Origin: Rathayibacter soli
Lineage (GTDB): Bacteria > Actinomycetota > Actinomycetes > Actinomycetales > Microbacteriaceae
Direction: 5' to 3'
NCBI RefSeq assembly: GCF_030866825.1
Contig: NZ_CP133020.1
Location: 4,164,924 to 4,188,923 of the forward strand
DNA length: 24,000 bases
A program made the translations under genes and the position numbers. Each line of letters opens with the position of its first letter. The stretch's first letter is position 1. A model generated the notes under the pieces. The model saw nothing but the letters and a program-made list of their open reading frames with translations. It was not told the DNA's origin and made no database searches. Below are positions 1 to 6,517 of the stretch, in pieces.

Positions 1-786
1 GTTACGGGCGCCATCGCGATCTCATTGCTCTACGCGTGCCTGGCGATCGGGCCGATGAGCATCCTGTCGCCGCTGACCGCGGTCGTGTCGGCGGTGATCC
101 CGATGTCGTGGGGGCTGATCGGCGGCGATCGATTTGCCCCGATCGGCTACGCGGCACTCGCGCTCGCCCTCGTCGCGGTCGTGCTGGTCGGCTTCGTACC
201 CGAGCGCGGCGCCGTTCGGCCCAGCCTGCGCGGCATTCTGATGGCGATCGGCTCCGGCCTCATGATCGGCGTCTTCATGATCCTGATCGACGCGACCCCG
301 CACGAATCTGGGCTGGTGCCGCTGATCATGAACCGCGGTGTCAACGCCGCGATCATGTTCTCGACCGTCGGGCTGATTACCCTGTGGCACCGGCGCGGGC
401 GCCGGGTGAGCGTTCTGGCCGACGTCACGCGCGGGGTGACGAGCAGCGTTACGGGCGGGGTTACGGGCTGGGTCACCACCGCTGGCGGGCACGGCACGGC
501 CGATGGCGGCAGCGCTGATGACGGCAGCGCCGCACCTGCTCGAGGCGGTTGGCGACCGGGCATAGTGCTCGCGACAGCGGGCGGGTTGGTCGACGCGACC
601 GCGAACATCCTGATGCTGGTCGGAATGCGCATCGGCGACCTCAGTGTGATCGCTGTGCTGACGGCAATGTATCCGGCCGGAACGATCATCCTCGCGGCCG
701 TCGTCTTACGCGAGCGGATCGCACCGGTGCAGTGGGTTGGCCTCGTGCTGGCGGTCGGTGCCGCCGGAATGCTTGCGCTCGCCTGA
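1..786 (+). CDS. EamA/DMT-family transporter, 5'-truncated by window edge
   Basis: Frame 1 is open from nt 1 (VTGAIAISLLYACLAIGPMS...), so the start at 25 in the ORF track is probably internal. Strongly hydrophobic with two EamA-like halves (..PLTAVVSAVIPMSWGLIGG.. and ..LTAMYPAGTIILAAVVLRERIAPVQWVGLVLAVGAAGMLAL). Stop TGA at 784-786. High GC3. Confidence 0.8.
   Translation, partial: VTGAIAISLLYACLAIGPMSILSPLTAVVSAVIPMSWGLIGGDRFAPIGYAALALALVAVVLVGFVPERGAVRPSLRGILMAIGSGLMIGVFMILIDATPHESGLVPLIMNRGVNAAIMFSTVGLITLWHRRGRRVSVLADVTRGVTSSVTGGVTGWVTTAGGHGTADGGSADDGSAAPARGGWRPGIVLATAGGLVDATANILMLVGMRIGDLSVIAVLTAMYPAGTIILAAVVLRERIAPVQWVGLVLAVGAAGMLALA
424..480 (+). repeat. Imperfect in-frame 12-nt tandem repeat encoding (V-T-x-x)x5 in the central loop of the EamA transporter
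   Basis: gtc acg cgc ggg / gtg acg agc agc / gtt acg ggc ggg / gtt acg ggc tgg / gtc acc acc = VTRG VTSS VTGG VTGW VTT, followed by a Gly/Asp/Ala-rich stretch. Confidence 0.6.
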
Positions 787-995
787 GCTCGCCCCGCCCC
801 TCACCCCACAGATTGCGTCGAGTGCGTCCATGTGGCCATTTCCGGCTCGTTTTCACGCTCGATACCGACCAGATGAGCGCACTCGGCCGCGGGTTCAGAG
901 CGGAATGCGAAGTGGATTGTTAGGCAAGCCTCAGCTAAGTTTGTAGAGCAGCTTCGCTGTGCAGCGCCCCTGACTGGCACGAATACGCCTTGCAA

Positions 996-1022
996 GAACA
1001 CGACTCGCACGAACACGACTCG
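996..1022 (+). repeat. Direct repeat gaacacgactcg x2 (15-nt period) just upstream of the ECF S-component start
   Basis: gaacacgactcg at 996-1007 and again at 1011-1022. The ATG is at 1034 and no GGAG-like Shine-Dalgarno lies between. Confidence 0.7.
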
Positions 1023-1033
1023 AAACGACACAC

Positions 1034-1618
1034 ATGCACAAGCTGAGCACCCGCCTGCTCTTGACGCTCGCCGCGATCGGCGTCGCGGGCGGCATCGTGT
1101 GCCTGCCGACAATCTACGCCGGCACCGCGCTACTCGCGGTCGCCCCTCCGCTGTATGGCCTGATCGTCGGGGCATACGTCTTTCCCGGCGTGATCGCTCA
1201 ATCATTGTTGCGGCGTGGCGGCGTTGCCTTCGCGACAGCGACGTTGGCCGGCCTCGTTGCTGCCCCGTTCTTTCCAGGCGGTGTCGCCTACATTCCGGCG
1301 TTTGCGCTCGTCGGAGCGTTGCAGGAGGTGCCGTTCGCGGTCAGCGCGTACCGGTACTGGCGTGGCTGGGTTTTCTACCTGACAGCGGTTGTCGTCGGGC
1401 TGAGTATCGCCGTCGCCGAGTTCATCGCCGTCGCCGGCGAACGTGCGCCGCTGTGGGTCCAGATCGTCAAGCCCGGTGTGTTCGTTGTCAGCCTGGTGGT
1501 CTTCACAGTGCTCGGCCGCGCCGTCGCGGCCGGGCTGAATCGGGCGGGCGTCGGCCGCGGCCTCGCGCTTCCCATTGATCGGCGCCGCGTCGCCCGGGTG
1601 CAGAATCCAGTTCCGTGA
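1034..1618 (+). CDS. ECF transporter S (substrate-capture) component, YkoE-like (COG4721 thiamine/HMP-precursor type)
   Basis: 194-aa all-hydrophobic protein. The pattern (..YGLIVGAYVFPGVIAQSLLRRGGVAF.., ..GALQEVPFAVSAYRYWRGW.., ..VLGRAVAAGLNRAGV..) parallels B. subtilis YkoE as I remember it. It sits directly upstream of a fused double ATPase and an EcfT gene, which is the ykoEDC order. The only in-frame start after the upstream stop at 971-973 is ATG 1034 (plus a CTG at 974). Confidence 0.75.
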   Translation: MHKLSTRLLLTLAAIGVAGGIVCLPTIYAGTALLAVAPPLYGLIVGAYVFPGVIAQSLLRRGGVAFATATLAGLVAAPFFPGGVAYIPAFALVGALQEVPFAVSAYRYWRGWVFYLTAVVVGLSIAVAEFIAVAGERAPLWVQIVKPGVFVVSLVVFTVLGRAVAAGLNRAGVGRGLALPIDRRRVARVQNPVP

Positions 1619-3444
1619 CTGCGGCGAGCAACACGACGAGCAACGCGGCGAGCAACACAAGACCCGACGCGACGCCCGCTGCCGCGCCTGACGCGCGGGT
1701 CGAAACGCCGCCGGTGCTCACAATCGACGGCGTGCGCATCCGCCACGCCGAACAGGATCGCTGCACTCCCGACAACATCACGTTCACGGTGCGCCCGGGC
1801 GAGGTCGTGCTCCTGCTCGGCCCGAGCGGCTGCGGCAAGTCCACTCTCACGCTGGCGATGAACGGGCTCATCCCGCACGCGATCGCCGCCACCCTCGACG
1901 GCACCGTCACCGTCGGCGGCGTGAGCACCGCCGACACCTCGCCCGCTCGGCTGAGCGAGAACGTCGCCATGGTCTTCCAAGATCCGGATGCCCAGATCGT
2001 CACCGGCAGCGTGCTCGACGAGGTTTGCTTCGGGCCGGAGAATCTGCGACTGCCGGTCGAGGTTGTGCGAGGGCGCGCCGAGACGGCCCTGCGCCAGGTG
2101 GGTTTGTGGGAGCGCCGCGCCGAGAGCCCAGACCGGCTCTCAGGCGGCGGCAGACAGCGACTTGCGATCGCCTGCGCGCTGGCACTGGATGCCCCCCTGC
2201 TGGTTCTCGACGAACCGACTGCGAACCTGGACCCCGCCGGAATCGATGAAGTGTATGCCGTGCTGCGCTCACTCGTCGAAGGCCCATCGAACCGTGCGAT
2301 CGTGCTGGTCGAGCACAACCTCGACGCCGCAATCGACCTGGTCGACAGAGTCGTCGTGCTCGACGCCGCGGGCCGGCTCGCCTTCGACGGACCGGTCGGT
2401 CCGACGCTGCGCAACAACGCGGATGCGCTCCTGCAGCTCGGCGTCTGGCTGCCCGTCGCGACTCTGGCCGCGCTTCGGCTGCGTGCCGCAGGCCTGCAGC
2501 TGGACCCGCTGCCGCTGACTCCCGCCGAGTTGCGCGCAGCCCTGGACTCAGTGCCCGCAGACGCGGTGCCCGCAGACGCGGTGCCCGCAGACGCGGTGCC
2601 CGAGCGCGGCCGAAGGCAGCTCCAGCAAGACCGCGAGGATGCCGCGCTCATCCAGGTGCGCGAACTCACGGTGCACACAGGGAAAGTGCCGGTTCTGCAC
2701 GAGGTGAGTCTGGACATCCACCGCGGTGATTTTCTCGCCGTGATCGGCATTAACGGCGCTGGCAAGACGACCCTGGTGCAGGCGATTGCCGGGGTCGTAC
2801 CGTCACCGCGCGCAGCAGTCCGGCTCGGGCAGCTCGACGTCGGCCGGGCCGGCGCGCGTGAGCGAGCGGCGCACGTGGGCTTCGTGTTCCAGAACCCGGA
2901 ACATCAGTTCCTGGCCTACACCGTGTTCGATGAGCTGGCGCACGGTTTGCGCATCCGCAAAGTCGCCGCCGCCGAGATCGACGCGCGGGTCAGCGCGATG
3001 CTGGAACGGTTCGGGCTCGCAGACGTGCGCGACCGGCATCCGTTCCTGCTGTCGGGCGGGCAGAAGCGACGCCTGTCTGTCGGGTCCGCACTCATTGACG
3101 GCGCGGACGTTCTGGTGCTGGATGAGCCGACGTTCGGGCAAGATCGCGCACGCGCAGGAGAGCTATTGGCAATTCTCGATGACCTGAACGCAGCCGGCAC
3201 CACGGTGATCATCGTCACGCACGATCTGCAGTTGGTCGCCGAGCATGCCAGCCATGTCGCGGTGCTGTCTGGCGGCCGGTTGTTGGCGCACGTACGAACC
3301 GAGGCGGCGTTCGCGGATGCCGCACTGATCGACCGCGCCGGGCTGCGGCTGCCACCGCTCGCGCAGGCGATGCGCGGGCTGCGCAAGCATCCGGAACTGC
3401 AGGGCGTCGTGCGGTTGAGCGACCTGCCCGGGCCGTCGCTATGA
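1615..3444 (+). CDS. ECF transporter fused double ATPase (EcfA-EcfA', YkoD-like ABC ATP-binding protein)
   Basis: Two complete ABC cassettes. Walker A: GPSGCGKST and GINGAGKTT. Signature: LSGGGRQRL and LSGGQKRRL. Walker B: LLVLDEPTANLD and VLVLDEPTFGQD. H-loops: VEHNL and VTHDL. GTG start at 1615 overlaps the upstream TGA (GTGA). Confidence 0.92.
   Translation: MTAASNTTSNAASNTRPDATPAAAPDARVETPPVLTIDGVRIRHAEQDRCTPDNITFTVRPGEVVLLLGPSGCGKSTLTLAMNGLIPHAIAATLDGTVTVGGVSTADTSPARLSENVAMVFQDPDAQIVTGSVLDEVCFGPENLRLPVEVVRGRAETALRQVGLWERRAESPDRLSGGGRQRLAIACALALDAPLLVLDEPTANLDPAGIDEVYAVLRSLVEGPSNRAIVLVEHNLDAAIDLVDRVVVLDAAGRLAFDGPVGPTLRNNADALLQLGVWLPVATLAALRLRAAGLQLDPLPLTPAELRAALDSVPADAVPADAVPADAVPERGRRQLQQDREDAALIQVRELTVHTGKVPVLHEVSLDIHRGDFLAVIGINGAGKTTLVQAIAGVVPSPRAAVRLGQLDVGRAGARERAAHVGFVFQNPEHQFLAYTVFDELAHGLRIRKVAAAEIDARVSAMLERFGLADVRDRHPFLLSGGQKRRLSVGSALIDGADVLVLDEPTFGQDRARAGELLAILDDLNAAGTTVIIVTHDLQLVAEHASHVAVLSGGRLLAHVRTEAAFADAALIDRAGLRLPPLAQAMRGLRKHPELQGVVRLSDLPGPSL
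2551..2602 (+). repeat. In-frame 15-nt tandem repeat (gtgcccgcagacgcg x3 plus a partial copy) encoding VPADA VPADA VPADA VPE in the inter-cassette linker
   Basis: Three identical copies at 2551-2565, 2566-2580 and 2581-2595, then gtgcccg at 2596-2602. Confidence 0.9.
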
Positions 3445-4292
3445 GCACGGGCGAGAGCGCGGGTTTGGGTGCGGGCACCGGCAGGGGAACGGTGACCGAC
3501 CCGTATCAGGCACGATCGGATGCTACGCCCCGGCGGTTCTTGTACGGCCTGAATCCGCTGGCCACGCTCGCCGCAGTGCTGCCGGTCATCGTGGCTGCAC
3601 TGTTCACCCGCAACGTCGCCACGCCGTTCGCGCTCACGGTGCTTGGAGTGGTCATCCTGCTCGTCGGAGTGCGTCTGAGCCTGAAAGCGCTGATCCTGCT
3701 ACTGGTCGCACTGCCGGCGTTCGTCTGCGTTCTGACGGTGAGTTTCGGGGTCTGGACCGATCCGGCCATGGTTGCCGACACTCCTGTGGTGGTGCGACTT
3801 GGTGGATTCCAGCTGTACGCGGGCGCTCTCGAGGTGGGCTTGGCCACGGCTCTGCGCCTGGCCGTGCTGATCGTGCTCGCGTTGGCCTGCTCGCTGGCGA
3901 CGCAGGGGGCGGACTTCGTGCGGTCGGCAGTCCGTTACCTGCGCGTTCCATACCGAATCGGCTACACGGTGCTCGCGGCCTACCGTTTCGTGCCCCGGTT
4001 CGGCCGCGAACTGGAGGTGATCCGGCAGGCGCACCGCGTGCGCGGCTCGGCGGGCGGGCGTGGGCCGATCGGCGCCATCCGACGCGGATTCGGCTCGGTG
4101 GTTCCGCTGCTGGCCGCCGCGATTCGGCATGCCGAACGGGTCGCCCTGGCGATGGATGCGCGCGCGTTCGGTGCATACCCCACTCGCACGGAGCGTCATG
4201 AGGTGCCGCTGCGCCTGTGCGACGGTGTCGCCATTGCCGTTTTCTGGCTGGTGGCTGCGGGGATCTTCGTGCTGACGGCGGACCTGCGGTAG
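3441..4292 (+). CDS. ECF transporter transmembrane T component (EcfT/CbiQ family, YkoC-like)
   Basis: 283-aa polytopic membrane protein. The C-terminal half carries the Arg-rich cytoplasmic helices typical of EcfT (..AYRFVPRFGRELEVIRQAHRVRG.., ..AAAIRHAERVALAMDARAFG..). ATG at 3441 overlaps the ATPase stop (ATGA). Confidence 0.85.
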   Translation: MSTGESAGLGAGTGRGTVTDPYQARSDATPRRFLYGLNPLATLAAVLPVIVAALFTRNVATPFALTVLGVVILLVGVRLSLKALILLLVALPAFVCVLTVSFGVWTDPAMVADTPVVVRLGGFQLYAGALEVGLATALRLAVLIVLALACSLATQGADFVRSAVRYLRVPYRIGYTVLAAYRFVPRFGRELEVIRQAHRVRGSAGGRGPIGAIRRGFGSVVPLLAAAIRHAERVALAMDARAFGAYPTRTERHEVPLRLCDGVAIAVFWLVAAGIFVLTADLR

Positions 4293-4343
4293 CTTGCGGG
4301 CAGCGCGGTGTCCCAAGGCGCGATGGCATGAGCGCGATCTATC

Positions 4344-5186
4344 ATGACACTCGTGTCTTCCACAAATGGCGAGGCCCGAGCCGCCGAGTCTGGTGCGACA
4401 GGCTTCAAACTGGCTGTGCTCGCGGCGGACCGATCCCTCGGCATTGCGTGGGCAGATCCCGGCGCCTGGCGAGCGGATGCCCCAGCATTGGCTCTCTTGA
4501 GCCAGCGCGAGCGCACACGCTACGCCGCGTTCACTCGACCGGAAGCCGCACACAGCTTTGCGCTCGGCAGAGCACTCATCAGGGAACTCGTCGCCTATGT
4601 GTCGGCGGTGCCCGCCGACGCAGTGAGGGTCGACGCGATGTGCCCGACTTGCGGCGGGCCGCACGGGAAGCCGATCATCGCGGCTCCCATTGCTGCGCGC
4701 GGGCGCATCCACGTGAGCGTGTCACGATGCGTGGGCGTCGTCGTTGCCGCCGCGACCACGGCAGGGCCGATCGGGGTCGACGTCGAGCCTGCAGACACCG
4801 GCAAGGACCGCATTTCCGGCGTCCGGTCGATCGCACCCGCCCCGCCCGGCATCGACGCAGAATCCGCTGAGGCAACGCTGCGCCGGTGGACGGCGATCGA
4901 GGCCGTGCTGAAAGCCGACGGGCGCGGGCTGACACTCGATCCATCAAACGTCACCTTTTACCGCACGGCGAGCGCGGCTGACCCGGCAATCGCGGCTGAC
5001 GCGACCGGTGGTGCGGTAACGGCGCAGATCGGTGACGAGCGCGCTCGCTACGCGGTGACGCATCCGCAGATCGACTGGGCGTTCGTGGTTGGGATCGCCG
5101 TGGCTCAGCGCGGCGGCGGGAGCGCCGGAAGCGCGTGGTCGACCAGCCACCGGTCGAAGAAGTCGTCCAGTGGTGCGTCGGAGTAG
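4344..5186 (+). CDS. Sfp-type 4'-phosphopantetheinyl transferase
   Basis: Motifs GGPHGKPII, IGVDVEP and WTAIEAVLKADG (the W-x-x-K-E-A-x-x-K-like PPTase motif). The first ~20 codons have low GC3, so the true start may lie downstream of 4344. The stop at 5184-5186 is fixed. The C-terminal ~25 aa look like non-conserved read-through into the convergent gene. Confidence 0.75.
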   Translation: MTLVSSTNGEARAAESGATGFKLAVLAADRSLGIAWADPGAWRADAPALALLSQRERTRYAAFTRPEAAHSFALGRALIRELVAYVSAVPADAVRVDAMCPTCGGPHGKPIIAAPIAARGRIHVSVSRCVGVVVAAATTAGPIGVDVEPADTGKDRISGVRSIAPAPPGIDAESAEATLRRWTAIEAVLKADGRGLTLDPSNVTFYRTASAADPAIAADATGGAVTAQIGDERARYAVTHPQIDWAFVVGIAVAQRGGGSAGSAWSTSHRSKKSSSGASE

Positions 5187-6436
5187 CGGGACGCGAGCGC
5201 CCGAAAATCGGCGGTCGTGACGCATCCGTAGCGAAACGCATCCGTCCAGTCGTGCAGCAGCCGGAAGAACGCGTCGTCGCCGATTCGCAGCCGCAGCGCG
5301 TGCAGTGTCAAGGCGCCGCGTTTGTAGACGCGATCGTCGAACATGGCGCCGGGCCCCGGGTCGGCGATCGAGAGGTTCGCACGCAGTTCGGCGAGCTGCG
5401 CGTGGTGAAGACGGGCGCAGGCATCCGCACTGGACGAGCCGGAGCGCTCCGACCACAACCATTCCGCGTAGCAGGCGAATCCCTCGTTGAGCCAGATGTG
5501 CCGCCAGGCGGCGATGCCGACGCTGTTTCCGAACCACTGGTGAGCGAGTTCGTGCGCGATCAACCGGTCGGATCCGCCGTTACCGTCGGCGTGGTTCGCA
5601 CCGAAGACCGCCATGCCCTGTGCTTCCAGCGGGATCTCCAGGTCGTCGGCTGTCACGACCACGCCGTAGCCGTCGAACGGGTACGGACCGAACGATTCCT
5701 GGAACAGGGCCATCATGCGGTCGAGGTGTCTGAAGTCACGGTGCACCCGGTGCTCGATCGCCAGCGGGTACGCGAACAACCCGCGTACTCCGTTCAGGTC
5801 GGGGTGCGCCCGCTTGTATTGGCCGATCTGCACGGTCGCCAAATAGGTCGCAGTCGGCTGCGCCTGCTCGTACACCCAGACGCCCTTGCCGTGCGCGACC
5901 CGGTGGTCTCGGAGCCTGCCATTGCAGATCACCGTGTACTGCTGCTCCGTCGAAACGCGGATGCGGTAGGTCGCCTTCGACGCCGGGTGGTCGTTGCACG
6001 GGAACCAGGTGGACGCCCCGGACGGCTGGGCGGCGACGATCACGCCGTCTGTCAGTTCCTCCCAGCCGACGGCGCCCCACGGGCTGCGCCGGGGAGCGGG
6101 CGCCCCGCCGTAGCTGACGATGACGGTGAACACCGACCCCGCCGCGACAACCGACGCCGGCGTGACAACCAGCTTGTAGCCGGGATGCGAGATCTTGGCA
6201 GCGGGAACGCCGTTGACGCTCACCTTGACCGCTCGCAGCTTTGCCAAGTCGAAACTGAACCGATGCAACGGCTCGGTTGCGACCGCCTGAATCTTCGCCG
6301 TGGCATCCAGCCGGTTTCTGACCACGCGATAGTCGAGGTCGAGGTCGTACGACGCGACAATGTATCCGCCATTGCCGAGGCCGGGCAGGTAGGTATCCCC
6401 CGCACTGTTGGCACCCGCTTGGACCGTGCTCATCAC
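5105..6436 (-). CDS. M1-family zinc metallopeptidase (aminopeptidase N / LTA4H-like fold)
   Basis: HELAH (nt 5540-5554) followed 18 residues later by the Glu of WLNEGFACYAE, giving HEXXH-X18-E. The N-terminal beta-domain resembles M1 family members. Start is GTG 6436 or the adjacent in-frame ATG 6433. No Shine-Dalgarno; the start lies inside the 17-nt repeat array. Confidence 0.9.
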   Translation of the reverse strand: MMSTVQAGANSAGDTYLPGLGNGGYIVASYDLDLDYRVVRNRLDATAKIQAVATEPLHRFSFDLAKLRAVKVSVNGVPAAKISHPGYKLVVTPASVVAAGSVFTVIVSYGGAPAPRRSPWGAVGWEELTDGVIVAAQPSGASTWFPCNDHPASKATYRIRVSTEQQYTVICNGRLRDHRVAHGKGVWVYEQAQPTATYLATVQIGQYKRAHPDLNGVRGLFAYPLAIEHRVHRDFRHLDRMMALFQESFGPYPFDGYGVVVTADDLEIPLEAQGMAVFGANHADGNGGSDRLIAHELAHQWFGNSVGIAAWRHIWLNEGFACYAEWLWSERSGSSSADACARLHHAQLAELRANLSIADPGPGAMFDDRVYKRGALTLHALRLRIGDDAFFRLLHDWTDAFRYGCVTTADFRALASRYSDAPLDDFFDRWLVDHALPALPPPR

Positions 6437-6517
6437 TGGACCGTGCTCATCATTGGACTGTGCTCATCACTGGACCGTGCTCATCACTGGACCGTGCTCA
6501 TCGTTTGCTGCTCATCA
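6421..6517 (-). repeat. 17-nt tandem repeat array (unit ATGAGCACGGTCCAGTG on the minus strand) filling the whole Pls-like/peptidase intergenic space
   Basis: Plus-strand units ggaccgtgctcatcact at 6421-6437, 6438-6454 (1 mismatch), 6455-6471 (1 mismatch), 6472-6488 and 6489-6505 (diverged 3' end), then a degenerate copy up to 6517. Each unit duplicates the peptidase start region. Confidence 0.92.

Noticed and set aside
787-1033. Expected a TPP (THI-box) riboswitch upstream of the ykoE-like gene.
   Set aside because: Neither CUGAGA nor the ACCUGAUCUGG...CCAGCG pyrimidine-sensor helix could be found by eye on the coding strand. I therefore do not call a riboswitch. The region is kept only as a question for cmscan.
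3441-3450. The 10-nt identity ATGAGCACGG between the EcfT start and the 17-nt repeat unit / peptidase start.
   Set aside because: It is only M-S-T codons in the preferred codon usage. The sequences diverge immediately afterwards. I consider it chance.
6421-6517. The regularly repeated 17-nt units could suggest a CRISPR array.
   Set aside because: The units are contiguous with no spacers, are far shorter than CRISPR repeats, and no cas genes are present. This is a simple tandem repeat.
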